Source: Myxococcales bacterium (GTDB lineage: Bacteria > Myxococcota_A > UBA9042). From it: 51,275 nt of DNA. Position numbers and translations under genes: made by a program. The stretch is taken from NCBI GenBank assembly GCA_037441385.1, contig JBBISH010000034.1:1-51275 (forward strand), in the 5' to 3' direction. The notes beneath the pieces were generated by a model, which ran no database searches, was not told the DNA's origin, and worked only from the letters and a program-made list of their open reading frames with translations. Below, piece after piece: positions 1 through 9,480 of this stretch (position 1 is the stretch's first letter; every line of letters starts with the position of its first letter).

Positions 1-2
1 CC

Positions 3-86
3 CCCGCGGCCGCCGCTCCGGCCCCTGGCGCGGCTCCGGCCGCTCCGGCTCCCGAAGCCCCCAAGCCGGCTGAGCCCGCCAAGTAA
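3..86 (+). CDS. 3' end of a truncated CDS with a Pro/Ala-rich tail
   Basis: Frame 3 reads PAAAAPAPGAAPAAPAPEAPKPAEPAK to TAA (84-86) and is followed by a terminator-like hairpin. Not in the ORF track because the start lies outside the window. Confidence 0.7.
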   Translation, partial: PAAAAPAPGAAPAAPAPEAPKPAEPAK

Positions 87-150
87 CTGACCTGAACCAG
101 GTGGTTGCGGCCAAGGGTCGCAGCCGCCGGCAGCGAAGTTCGAACATGCG

Positions 151-195
151 AGGGGAGGTGAGCCTGCCAAGGTTCATCTCCCCTTGGTGTTTTTT
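151..195 (+). terminator. Probable intrinsic terminator
   Basis: AGGGGAGGTGAGCCT-gcca-AGGTTCATCTCCCCT stem (G-U pairs allowed), then TGGTGTTTTTT. A second hairpin lies at ~100-128. Confidence 0.65.
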
Positions 196-227
196 GCCAC
201 AATCTCCCCTCGGTGTCTTTTGCCACA
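176..227. repeat. 26-bp tandem duplication (24/26 identical)
   Basis: ATCTCCCCTTGGTGTTTTTTGCCACA (176-201) followed by ATCTCCCCTCGGTGTCTTTTGCCACA (202-227). Confidence 0.9.
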
Positions 228-367
228 ATTGCGGCCGGTCCCGCGGGCCAGGGTGCCTTTGCGCAGCTGCGTGGCGGGCACAACGTAGCGCGAAGCGCCT
301 GCTCGCGTTGAAATTGCCGCAGTGTGGCCCTAACCTAGCGCAGCCGCTTGGACGGCACGACGACCCG

Positions 368-859
368 ATGGTGCAGCGGCAGTACCAAACCTTGCGATCG
401 GCGCCCGGGGCGTGGCTTGCGGCGCGTTTGGCCCTGGCGCTGATCGCGGCGGCCTGCGGCAAGACCGAGTCGCAGGCTACCCCAACCACGGCGAACGACC
501 CGCTGCAGATCGATGATCCGCGCTTGGTTCCCGCCGCCAAGGCGATGGACAAGGTCGCAGCCCGTCTGCAGGACTTGGTGCAGCGCGCCGAGGCGGCTCA
601 AGGCGACCGGCAGCAACTGGTCGCGCTGCGCAGCGAGTACCTGGCGGCGCTGGCCCAAGGACGCCTGGAGCTGGCGCAGCTTGACAAGGGCGCGAGTCCG
701 GCGGACCGGCGTACGATGAATGCCTACTACTTGCAGGCGGTTGCCCCATTGCTGGGCCGGCTGCAACCCCTGCTGTTTCCGGCCCTGCTGGTCGATTTGC
801 CGCGCGGGGCCACGCCAGCCGAGGCTGCCACCGCCACTACCGCCCCGGCCAAGCCGTGA
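368..859 (+). CDS. Hypothetical helical lipoprotein
   Basis: ATG 368 gives a hydrophobic stretch ending in lipobox-like IAAAC, a helical body and a Pro/Ala tail. The ORF-track extension to 101 overlaps the terminator and is unlikely. Confidence 0.7.
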   Translation: MVQRQYQTLRSAPGAWLAARLALALIAAACGKTESQATPTTANDPLQIDDPRLVPAAKAMDKVAARLQDLVQRAEAAQGDRQQLVALRSEYLAALAQGRLELAQLDKGASPADRRTMNAYYLQAVAPLLGRLQPLLFPALLVDLPRGATPAEAATATTAPAKP

Positions 860-889
860 ACCATGCCGACCGAGAAAGGGAAACTTGAG

Positions 890-1315
890 ATGACCAAGAA
901 ACTTTTTGCCACTGCCCTGGCCATACTGGCGCTTGGCTGCACGCCACAACCCACTCCCGAAGCAGGCGAGTCGGCCAACTTGGCCAAGGCCAAAGCCCTG
1001 GTCGAGGCGAGCGCCAAGGACTTTGAGGCCGCCGCCGAGGCTGTGCCGGCCGCCGGCAGCAATCCCGACGAAGCCCGCGCGGTTGGCGCGCGCCTTCGCA
1101 AGAGCTTTGAGGCGCGCCGCAGCGAGGGCGAGGCCCTGCAGAAGCTGCTTAGCGACGACGAGAAGCGCAAGTTGCAGGAATTTGGCATGAAGCGCCTGGT
1201 GCCGGCCGTGGCCAAACTGGAAGCCAAGCTGGGCACGGACAAGCCAACGGCCGCGCCCACCCCGCCCCCTGCCGTCGCGCCGGCCGAGCCCGCTTCGCCC
1301 GCTGCGGCACGTTGA
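890..1315 (+). CDS. Hypothetical helical lipoprotein
   Basis: MTKKLFATALAILALGC signal/lipobox, purine-rich RBS upstream, Pro/Ala tail. Confidence 0.8.
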   Translation: MTKKLFATALAILALGCTPQPTPEAGESANLAKAKALVEASAKDFEAAAEAVPAAGSNPDEARAVGARLRKSFEARRSEGEALQKLLSDDEKRKLQEFGMKRLVPAVAKLEAKLGTDKPTAAPTPPPAVAPAEPASPAAAR

Positions 1316-1341
1316 CCCGCCAGCGGCGGCCGTGCTATCGA
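1312..1341 (+). promoter_or_regulatory. Candidate sigma70-type promoter for the CoA-transferase gene
   Basis: TTGACC-N18-TATCGA with an extended -10 TG. Same layout as 12732-12761. Confidence 0.35.
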
Positions 1342-1383
1342 ACGAATCCCCGCTGCGGCGCAGGCCGCCCGCAAAGGAACACC

Positions 1384-2091
1384 ATGAACAAGGTTTTTGC
1401 CAACGCCGAAGCCGCGCTTTTCGACTTTGCCGACGGCGTCAGCATGATGTCGTCTGGTTTTGGCCTGAGCGGCAACCCAGAGAACTTGATCGCCGCCGTC
1501 AACGCCAAGGGCTACAAGGACTTGACCGTCATCTCGAACAACTGCGGCACCACCGACCGCGGCCTGGGCGTGCTGCTCAAGGCGCGGCAGGTCCGCAAGA
1601 TGGTCGGCAGCTACGTGGGCGAAAACAAAGAGCTAGAGCGGCAGTTCTTGGCGGGAGAGCTCGACTTGGAGCTTTGCCCGCAGGGCACCCTGGCCGAGCG
1701 GATCCGCGCGGGTGGCGCCGGCATCCCGGCGTTCTTCACGCCCACCGGCTTTGGCACGCAAGTGGCCGATGGCAAAGAGACTCGCGAGTTCGATGGCCGC
1801 GACTACGTGCTGGAGCGGGCCCTGCGCGCCGACTTCGCGTTCATCAAAGCCTGGAAGGGCGACCGCTGGGGCAACCTGATTTTCCGCAAGACCGCGCGCA
1901 ACTTTGCGCCGGCCATGGCCACGGCCGCCAAAGTCGTGATCGCCGAAGTCGAAGAACTGGTCGAAGTGGGCCAACTGGATCCCGATCAGGTGCACACGCC
2001 GTCGATCTACGTGCACCGCATCTTCCAGGGCAGCAACTACGTCAAGCCGATCGAGCAGCGGACCGTGCGCGCGCGGGGTTCGGTTGCCTAG
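1384..2091 (+). CDS. scoA: 3-oxoacid CoA-transferase subunit A (family I)
   Basis: GFGLSGNPENLI, SNNCG, SYVGEN, PQGTLAERIRAGGAGIPAFFTPTG and KGDRWGNL motifs; AAGGA RBS. Confidence 0.92.
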   Translation: MNKVFANAEAALFDFADGVSMMSSGFGLSGNPENLIAAVNAKGYKDLTVISNNCGTTDRGLGVLLKARQVRKMVGSYVGENKELERQFLAGELDLELCPQGTLAERIRAGGAGIPAFFTPTGFGTQVADGKETREFDGRDYVLERALRADFAFIKAWKGDRWGNLIFRKTARNFAPAMATAAKVVIAEVEELVEVGQLDPDQVHTPSIYVHRIFQGSNYVKPIEQRTVRARGSVA

Positions 2092-3403
2092 ACGAGCCGC
2101 GGTGGGCGGCCTGGGCAGGCGCTGGCTGCGGCTGGCGCTGGTGATCGCCGGGTTGCTTTGGCTGGGCGCCTGCCGGCGCGACGTGGCCGAGCCGGTGCCC
2201 ACGGCGCCGTTGCCGCCCTACAAACGTCCGCCCATCATCGACTTCCACAGCCATCTGAGCCTGGACGGCCTGGACCGAATCCGCGCGATCATGGCGGAGT
2301 CGGGCATCGAGCGCATGGTCAACTTGTCGGGCGGATCGGCGCGGCGCGGCACCGAGCAGTGGTATGCGGCGCAAGAGCTTTCGCGGTTGCTCGGCGGCAA
2401 GATCAGCAATTTCGCGATCCCCAACTGGCGCGGGCTGGGCGAGCCGGGCTGGGCCGAGCGCGAAGCGGCGGCGCTGGAGATCGCAGTCAAGCAGTACGGA
2501 TTCCAGGGCCTGAAGATCCCCAAGGGCCTGGGCTTGGGCTACACCGACGCGCGCGATCAACTGGTGGCGCCCGACGATCCGCGCCTGGGTCCGCTGTGGG
2601 ACAAGGCGGGCGAACTCGGCATCCCAGTCTCGATCCACGTGGCCGATCCGCGGGCGTTTTGGTGGCCGCTGAGCGAGCAGAACGAACGCTGGGACGAACT
2701 GGGCGTGCACCCCTACTGGGCCTATGGGCCGGTAAGTCCCCAACTTTTGGCCACGTTCGCGCCGCAAGTGCAAGAGATGGTGATGCAGCGGCCCAAGGTG
2801 GCCAGTTGGGCGACCCTGCTGCAGCAGAGCGAGAACCTGTTTCGTCACCACCCCAAGACCACCTTTGTGGCGGTCCATTTTGGCAATTGCGGCGAGGACC
2901 TCGCCTACGTCGACGGCGTGCTGACGCGCAATGCCAACGTCTACATCGATATTGCGGCGCGGGTGGGCGAGTTTGGCCGGCACCCGCCCGAGCAAGTGCG
3001 CGCGTTCTTTGTCAAATGGCAGGATCGGATCGTGTTCGGCACCGACATTGGCATCGGCGCCGACGGCCTGATGCTGGGCAGCAACGGCGCCGAGGAGCCG
3101 ACAATGAAGGACGTCAAGCCCTTCTACGACGCGCACTTCCACTACTTGGAGACCGAGGATCGGGCGATCGCCCATCCGTCGCCGATCCAGGGGCGGTGGA
3201 AGGTAGACGCCGCCGGGTTGCCTCGGCCCGTCTTGGACAAGCTGTACCGCGGCAATGCCGAAAAGCTCCTAAACCGCGAAGGGCTTTTGCGCGAAGCGGC
3301 CGGGCGCAAACCGGCGTCGCTCACGGCACCCTTGCCGCTGGCCGAGGATAGCCCGCCCGCTTGGGCCGCGCAGGCGGCGGCTGCGTCGCCAACCGCGCAT
3401 TGA
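2084..3403 (+). CDS. Amidohydrolase family 2 protein, probably a lipoprotein
   Basis: IDFHSH, GLKIPK, IHVADP, VAVHFG and VFGTD metal-site motifs; N-terminal LLWLGAC. Start codon uncertain. Confidence 0.8.
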   Translation: MPRRAAVGGLGRRWLRLALVIAGLLWLGACRRDVAEPVPTAPLPPYKRPPIIDFHSHLSLDGLDRIRAIMAESGIERMVNLSGGSARRGTEQWYAAQELSRLLGGKISNFAIPNWRGLGEPGWAEREAAALEIAVKQYGFQGLKIPKGLGLGYTDARDQLVAPDDPRLGPLWDKAGELGIPVSIHVADPRAFWWPLSEQNERWDELGVHPYWAYGPVSPQLLATFAPQVQEMVMQRPKVASWATLLQQSENLFRHHPKTTFVAVHFGNCGEDLAYVDGVLTRNANVYIDIAARVGEFGRHPPEQVRAFFVKWQDRIVFGTDIGIGADGLMLGSNGAEEPTMKDVKPFYDAHFHYLETEDRAIAHPSPIQGRWKVDAAGLPRPVLDKLYRGNAEKLLNREGLLREAAGRKPASLTAPLPLAEDSPPAWAAQAAAASPTAH

Positions 3404-3451
3404 GCTGCTCCGCGGCGGGTATTTTCGAATCCTTCTGGGCAAGAGGCTCGT

Positions 3452-4414
3452 CTACGTGGCGACCAGGCTGGGCTTGCGCTGCGCAGGGCCAAAGGCGAGC
3501 GCGCCCATCCCCACGCCAAACCACAGCGTCGCAAATCGGATCAGCAGCGTGGCCAAGGTCGCGCGCGGCACGTCGAGCTGCAGGCCCAAATCGGGCTGCA
3601 AAAGGAGCGCCACCATGACGGCCTCCGTCGAGCCAACTCCACCGGGCAACATCGACACTGCGCCAAATAGTGTGGCCATCGCGTAGACGACGATTGCCGA
3701 GCCCAAGCCGGCCTGCGCCCCCATTCCGTCGAGCAGGACGCGAAAGGCGATCGCTTCCAGCAGCCACGCGGTGGCAGCCAGGGCGACGCCCACCAAAAGG
3801 CGCTTGGGCCGGCACAGCTGCACCAGGATCGCGTGGACACGGGCAATCGCCACCTGAAGTTGCGAACCTTTGGGCAGCCGGTGGATCGCGGGCGCCAGGC
3901 GCACCAGGGTCGCGGGCACCAGCCGCGGGTGGGCGACGGCGAGCAGGAAGCCCAGGCAAAGGCCTACCACGGTCCAAAACAGCTGGCGGTGCGCCCCAGT
4001 TTCGGCCACGCCCACCGCGGCGATGGCCAGCAGGCCCACCACGTCGGTAAAGCGTTCGGCGACCACCGAGCTCGCGACGTCAGTCACCGATGCGCCACGG
4101 CGGCGCTGCAGCAGCCAACCCTTGACTACCTCACCCATTTTGCCCGGCGTAACGGTGAACAAGAAGCCGGCGACGAACACCAGCGCAGCCTCGGTCCACG
4201 CCACTACCACGCCCAAGGCCGCGAGATAGTAGCGAAACCGCACGGTACGCAGGGCGTAGTTGCCCAGAACCAGCGCCGCCGCAGGCCACAGGCGCCACCA
4301 CGGGTAATCGCTGGCAGCCGCGCGCAATTGGCGCACGTCGGCAAACAGACTGGCCCCCAGCAGCACCGCCAGCGCCAAGGCGAGGGCGATGGCGACGGCG
4401 CGCAGGGGTTTCAT
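3452..4414 (-). CDS. Lysylphosphatidylglycerol-synthase TM / flippase-like membrane protein (UPF0104-like)
   Basis: Multi-TM protein with TPGKMGEVVK, ERFTD, PGGVGSTE and IRFATLW motifs. ATGA overlap with the upstream gene. Confidence 0.85.
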   Translation of the reverse strand: MKPLRAVAIALALALAVLLGASLFADVRQLRAAASDYPWWRLWPAAALVLGNYALRTVRFRYYLAALGVVVAWTEAALVFVAGFLFTVTPGKMGEVVKGWLLQRRRGASVTDVASSVVAERFTDVVGLLAIAAVGVAETGAHRQLFWTVVGLCLGFLLAVAHPRLVPATLVRLAPAIHRLPKGSQLQVAIARVHAILVQLCRPKRLLVGVALAATAWLLEAIAFRVLLDGMGAQAGLGSAIVVYAMATLFGAVSMLPGGVGSTEAVMVALLLQPDLGLQLDVPRATLATLLIRFATLWFGVGMGALAFGPAQRKPSLVAT

Positions 4415-5106
4415 GGGGCAGTCGCGGTGGCGGCGGACGGGGCTTCGCTGGGAGTAGCCGCGCCCGCAAGGGGCAGCGCGGTCAACATCTGCGCCACACG
4501 CTGGCGCTCGTACAAAATGCGCTCGTGCGGCCAATCGCCGGGGCCGTCGAATTGGGGGTGCTTGTCGGTCAGCGCGCCCAGGTCACGATCCAGGTCCATC
4601 ACGATGCTGCGATCCAGGGTGCCGGGCTGCAGACGCTTGCCGTCGTCTTGGAGCAGCACGAACCGCAGGAATGCTCGGCAGAAAATCGTCTCGGGCGCAT
4701 CGGGACTGGCGGCCTGCAGCGCGTCGACCAGCGCGCGAATCGCGTCAAAGCGCTCGCCCAGGTTGGCGCCGCGCACCGTCCGATAGACAGCCAGCGCCAC
4801 CAGCTTGCGCGCAACGGGGTCGGCCTGGAGCCGCGCTTTGGGCAGGTCTTTGGCTGTCTGTAGAAGGACTTGCAGCCCCTCGGCCTCGGCGCCGGTTAGC
4901 GAGTAGGCTTCGACCAGCCGCAGCAGCGCGGCATCGTCGGCCAACTTGGTCGGGGCCAGGGCCAGTTCTGGGGCGGCTTGGCCGGGCGGCACCCACGCGC
5001 TGGCGGGCTCGGGCTGATGGCGACAACCAGCGGCCGCGCACGACAGCAGAGCCAAGACGGCCGCCGCAGATCGCAAGCGAAGTTCCTTGAGTTCAACGGG
5101 ATACAC
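4411..5106 (-). CDS. Hypothetical lipoprotein
   Basis: Signal-like LRSAAAVLALLSCAAAGC; stop overlaps the next start. Start uncertain (GTG 5106; ORF open to 5181). Confidence 0.65.
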   Translation of the reverse strand: MYPVELKELRLRSAAAVLALLSCAAAGCRHQPEPASAWVPPGQAAPELALAPTKLADDAALLRLVEAYSLTGAEAEGLQVLLQTAKDLPKARLQADPVARKLVALAVYRTVRGANLGERFDAIRALVDALQAASPDAPETIFCRAFLRFVLLQDDGKRLQPGTLDRSIVMDLDRDLGALTDKHPQFDGPGDWPHERILYERQRVAQMLTALPLAGAATPSEAPSAATATAP

Positions 5107-5217
5107 TTGAGCCGTCCACGCGCGCCACTGGCCCGGCGCGCCGAGGGCGCCATGGTGCCAAAACCACCGCGTCTTGACCACTGCGGCCTGGGGAGCGCGC
5201 GGAACCCGCAGAGTGCC

Positions 5218-5733
5218 TCAGGCCAGCAGAGAACCACGGCTCTGCGCCCACTGGCGAGCCAGTTCTGCGGCGGTGCGACCCGCGGCGTCGCGAAGGTCGG
5301 GGGCCACTTCGGCCAGCGGCAGCACCACAAAGGGCCGCGACGACCAGCGGGGATGGGGCAATTCGAGCCCCGGCTCGGTGATCCGCACATCGCCGACGGC
5401 GATCAGGTCTAAGTCCAGAGGCCGCGAGCCGTGAAATCCCTCGCGGGCGCGGTCGCGGCCAAACGCCTGCTCGATAGCGTGCAACTTGACCAAACCGTTG
5501 CGAGGTTCGCTGGCGCTCCAGCCCACCCCCACGGCGTTCACAAAGGCCGGTCCGCGGGCGTGCTCGGCCGGCGCGGTGGTGTGCAGCGAGCTGAGCCGGG
5601 CGTCGCGAAGACCCAAGAGCGCACAGCAGGCTGGCCAGGCCAGGGCCAAGGCGGCGCGTGGGTCGGCCACATTGCTTCCCAGGGCAATCACCCAGCGTTG
5701 GCGGGTTTTGGCTGGATCCAGCGCCGGTTGCAT
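5218..5733 (-). CDS. folK: 2-amino-4-hydroxy-6-hydroxymethyldihydropteridine diphosphokinase
   Basis: IALGSN, FVNAV, IEQAFGR, SRPLDLDL, LPHPR and RPFVVLPLAE HPPK motifs. Confidence 0.92.
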   Translation of the reverse strand: MQPALDPAKTRQRWVIALGSNVADPRAALALAWPACCALLGLRDARLSSLHTTAPAEHARGPAFVNAVGVGWSASEPRNGLVKLHAIEQAFGRDRAREGFHGSRPLDLDLIAVGDVRITEPGLELPHPRWSSRPFVVLPLAEVAPDLRDAAGRTAAELARQWAQSRGSLLA

Positions 5734-6017
5734 GATCGCCTGCCGCAAGGCGCGAGCGGTTGCGCCGGTGGGCCGCGCATCGTCGCACAGCTGCGAGCAT
5801 TCTTCACCCGCACCGCCTTGGCGACACCAGCCAGCCGTACGGCCCGACCTGGCGGAGGGAACCGCTGTCTGTGTCGCGAGTTGCCAAGCATGGCTCGCCC
5901 GATCAGGCCTGGTTCCGCTCAGCCGCTTGCCAGTTTGCGGCCTCGACCGCATGCTACCGCGGCGCTGAGGTCGCGCCCGGGTGCGGCCAGCCGAACCAAC
6001 GCGATGCGAGGAATCCG

Positions 6018-7091
6018 ATGAAGTTGCTCCGCTCTGCTGCAACGCTGACCTTGGCGCTGCTCGCTGTGGCGTCGCCCGCGTGCAAGCACGCCGACTCGAC
6101 CAAAACCGCCGCACCAAGCGGCGAAGTGGGCACGGAAATTCCCCCGGCGCCCGAGGCGACGCCGGTGGCGGCTGCGCCGGCCCAACCCGATCTTCCCGCC
6201 TCGGTGGACGCCAAAGACCTGGACCCGGCCGAACGCAAGGTCTTGATCGAAATCCTGACCGAGCAATTCGACCCCTGTGGCAAGTCGCGGACCTTCCTGG
6301 ACGCGCTGCGGGCGGGCGATTGCGCGATCGCGCCCAAGCTGGCCACCAAGGTCATCGAAGGCCTGCGCGCGGGCGAAGGTAAGAAGCAGATCCTGGCCAG
6401 CCTGCTCAAAGAGATCGAGCGCTTGAACACCGTCGTGCAGATCGACGTGAGCAAGGCGCCGCTGCTGGGTACCGCCGATTCCAAAGTGCAAGTCGTCGAA
6501 TTCAGCGACTTTGAGTGCCCATTCTGCAAGCGCGCGGTCGAGCCGATCGAGAAGATGCAGAAGCACTACAACTTTGCGTTGTACTTCAAGTTCTTCCCCC
6601 TGCGGCATTCGCACCCCAACGCCGAGGGTGCTGCGCGCGCCGCATGGGCCGCCCATCAGCAGGGCAAGTTCTGGCCGCTGCACGACCTGCTATTTGCCAA
6701 CCAGCACGCCCTGGACTTCAACTCCGTGGTCAAGTACGCGGCCAAAGTGGGCTTGGATCCCAAGAAGTTCGAGGCTGATCTGCAGAGCGAGGCCGCGGGC
6801 GCCGCGGTGAGTGCGGACGAAAAAGCGGGCGATACCGCGGGCGTCGACGGCACCCCCACGTTCTTCGTCAACGGCCACAAGGCTGAGACGTTGGCCCAGG
6901 TAGAAGAAATGGTGCGCGAGAACTTGAAGGCCGCCGGCCAGGCGTTGCCGGCGCCGATGACGCGCGACGAGCTGGGCGAAGCCGTTGCCCCCGCTGGCGA
7001 TGCGAGCACGGCCGCTGCCCCTGCCGTTGCCCCCGCGGCTGCCGCTGCCCCCGCCGTGGCCGCCCCACCGGCCGGAGCTCCGGCAAAATGA
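6018..7091 (+). CDS. DsbA/thioredoxin-domain lipoprotein
   Basis: GAGGA RBS; lipobox ASPAC; VEFSDFECPFC active site; GTPTFFVNG cis-Pro motif. Confidence 0.9.
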   Translation: MKLLRSAATLTLALLAVASPACKHADSTKTAAPSGEVGTEIPPAPEATPVAAAPAQPDLPASVDAKDLDPAERKVLIEILTEQFDPCGKSRTFLDALRAGDCAIAPKLATKVIEGLRAGEGKKQILASLLKEIERLNTVVQIDVSKAPLLGTADSKVQVVEFSDFECPFCKRAVEPIEKMQKHYNFALYFKFFPLRHSHPNAEGAARAAWAAHQQGKFWPLHDLLFANQHALDFNSVVKYAAKVGLDPKKFEADLQSEAAGAAVSADEKAGDTAGVDGTPTFFVNGHKAETLAQVEEMVRENLKAAGQALPAPMTRDELGEAVAPAGDASTAAAPAVAPAAAAAPAVAAPPAGAPAK

Positions 7092-7750
7092 TTGGAAAAC
7101 TAGTCGTCCTGGTGGGTCCAGCCGGTGCCGGCAAGACCACTCTGGCCCACCGAGTCATCGACCGGGCGCCCGAGCGGCGGGGTTTTTCGGTCAGCCACAC
7201 CACGCGGCCCATGCGCGCCACCGAGCACGATGGCGTGGACTATTGGTTCGTGACTCGACCCGAGTTCGAGCACTTGCGCGACCGAGGTGGCTTCGCCGAG
7301 TGGGCCGAAGTGCACGGCAACTACTACGGAACCTCGCGGGCCGAAATCGAGCGCCTGACGGGCGCCGGCCGCGACGTGTTCTTCGACATCGACATCGTGG
7401 GCGCCCACAACTTGTGGCGGCAATACCCCAGCGAAGTGCGGCTGATCTTTGTGCTGCCCCCTTCGTGGCCGGTGCTGGTGCAGCGGCTGGTCGACCGTGG
7501 GACCGAGACCGAGGCGACCCTGCGCCGCCGCCTGCGGACCGCGCGCCGCGAGCTGCAGGCGGTGCTGGAATCGCCCGCGCCGTGGACCGTCATACACAAC
7601 GATGACCTGGCCCGGGCCACCGCCGACTTGGAGCGCGCGGTGGTTGGGGCTCTGCAACCTACCGCCATGGAACAGCATCCGGGCGTGCGTGCCTTTTTGC
7701 GCGAGGCGATCGCTGATCCGCGCGCCGACGGCGAGTCGGCTGCGCAATAG
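7088..7750 (+). CDS. gmk: Guanylate kinase
   Basis: GPAGAGKTT P-loop, SHTTRPMR, DGVDYWFV, EWAEVHGNYYGT, RLVDRGTE. Confidence 0.95.
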   Translation: MIGKLVVLVGPAGAGKTTLAHRVIDRAPERRGFSVSHTTRPMRATEHDGVDYWFVTRPEFEHLRDRGGFAEWAEVHGNYYGTSRAEIERLTGAGRDVFFDIDIVGAHNLWRQYPSEVRLIFVLPPSWPVLVQRLVDRGTETEATLRRRLRTARRELQAVLESPAPWTVIHNDDLARATADLERAVVGALQPTAMEQHPGVRAFLREAIADPRADGESAAQ

Positions 7751-7854
7751 ACGAATTTTCAAGCATCTTCCGCTTCTTTCACGCAAACTTCACGTTGGCT
7801 TGACCCGGCACCAGCGGCCGGGCACGCTAGCGCGCCCGTTGCCGAGGACATGCC

Positions 7855-9471
7855 ATGCCCATCGCCGTACCCAAGCACCCCGTCCGCGTCCGCATCGCCC
7901 CCAGCCCGACCGGCGATCCCCATGTCGGCACAGCGTATATCGGCCTCTTCAATGCCGCCTTTGCCCGCAGCCACGGCGGCCAGTTCGTGCTCCGCATCGA
8001 GGACACCGATCAAAAGCGCTCGACCCGCCAGAGCGAAGAGGCGATCTACCGCAGCTTGCGCTGGATCGGCCTGCAGTGGGACGAAGGTCCCGATGTCGGC
8101 GGCCCGTACGGTCCCTACCGCCAGAGCGAGCGCAGCGAAATCTACCGTGAACACTGCAACATGCTGCTGGACAACGGCACTGCCTACCGCTGTTTCTGCA
8201 CGGCCGAGCGCCTGGACGTCGTGCGCGCCGAGCAGCGCCAGCGCAAAGAAACCGCCCGTTACGATGGCTTTTGCCGGACGCTGAGCCGCGAAGAGTCGGA
8301 TCGCCGCGCCAGCGCGGGCGAGGCGCACGTGATCCGCCTGCTGATGCCCCAGCACGGCACCACCGTGGTTCCCGACGCCCTGCGCGGCGGCGTGGAGATC
8401 GACAACAGCCAGATCGACGATCAAGTGCTGCTGAAGACGGACGGTTTGCCCACCTACCACCTGGCCAATGTGGTGGACGATCACCTGATGGAGATCACCC
8501 ACGTCATCCGCGCCGAAGAGTGGATCAACAGCACGCCCAAGCACCTGCACCTGTACGCCGCCTTTGGCTGGACGCCGCCGGTGTTCGTACACATGCCCCT
8601 GCTCCGCAACGCTGACAAGTCCAAAATCAGCAAGCGCAAGAACCCAACGAGCCTCGAATTCTACCAGCGCTCGGGGATCCTGCCCGAGGCGATGCTCAAC
8701 TTCTTGGCGCTGATGGGTTATTCGCGCAAGGACGCCGCAGGCAACGACATCGAGCAGTTCTCGTTCAGCGAGCTGGTGAGCGACCTGGACTTGACGCGGA
8801 TCTCGCTGGGCGGGCCGGTGTTCGATCTAGAAAAGCTGAAGTGGCTCAATGGCATGTACCTGCGGGCCCTGACGCCTGCGCAGGTGGCCGAGCGGACCTT
8901 CGCCTGGTATCAAGAGGACACGCGGCACGCCACCGTGGGCCAGCTGGTGCAAGAGCGCGTGACGGATTTGGGCAATTTTGCCCACCACGCCCTGCCCTTC
9001 TACTCGGGCGTGCCCGAGTACGGTTTGAACGCGCGCTACCTGCTGGTGGGCTCGGCCAGCAAGAAGAAGACGGCGATCAAGCTGAATCGGCAACAAAGTG
9101 TCAATCTTTTCGAAGACTTGATTGCCCGGTTCGAGGCACTGACCGAGTGGTCGATCCCGCTGGTCGAGCAGTGCGTCCGCGACGCCTGCCACGCCTGCGG
9201 CGATCAGACCGGAGCCAACCTGGGCGACGCGATGATGGCGATCCGCGTGGGCGTGTGCGGCCGGCCGGCCTCGCCACCGCTTTTTGAGTCGATTGCGGCC
9301 GTAGGGCGCGCGGTGGTGCTGGTACGGCTGCGGCAAGTCTGTACCATGCTGGGCGATCCGCGCCTGCTGGCCGAGGCGATCGCCGCCGCCAGCCAAGAAC
9401 TGGATGCGGCGCGGCAAGCGCTGGCCCAGGCCGACACGCAGCCCGCGACTGCCAATCCCCAAGTGAACTAG
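7855..9471 (+). CDS. gltX: Glutamate--tRNA ligase
   Basis: RIAPSPTGDPHVGT (HIGH), LRIEDTDQ, YRCFCT, PTYHLANVVDDH and KISKR (KMSKS). Confidence 0.97.
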   Translation: MPIAVPKHPVRVRIAPSPTGDPHVGTAYIGLFNAAFARSHGGQFVLRIEDTDQKRSTRQSEEAIYRSLRWIGLQWDEGPDVGGPYGPYRQSERSEIYREHCNMLLDNGTAYRCFCTAERLDVVRAEQRQRKETARYDGFCRTLSREESDRRASAGEAHVIRLLMPQHGTTVVPDALRGGVEIDNSQIDDQVLLKTDGLPTYHLANVVDDHLMEITHVIRAEEWINSTPKHLHLYAAFGWTPPVFVHMPLLRNADKSKISKRKNPTSLEFYQRSGILPEAMLNFLALMGYSRKDAAGNDIEQFSFSELVSDLDLTRISLGGPVFDLEKLKWLNGMYLRALTPAQVAERTFAWYQEDTRHATVGQLVQERVTDLGNFAHHALPFYSGVPEYGLNARYLLVGSASKKKTAIKLNRQQSVNLFEDLIARFEALTEWSIPLVEQCVRDACHACGDQTGANLGDAMMAIRVGVCGRPASPPLFESIAAVGRAVVLVRLRQVCTMLGDPRLLAEAIAAASQELDAARQALAQADTQPATANPQVN

Positions 9472-9480
9472 GAGGTTCGG

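Noticed and set aside
5734..6117. N-terminal extension of folK in the ORF track
   Set aside because: Spans the divergent intergenic region and overlaps the DsbA gene; HPPK homology starts near ATG 5733.
7800..7828. TTGACC-N17-CACGCT promoter before gltX
   Set aside because: The -10 match is too weak to call.
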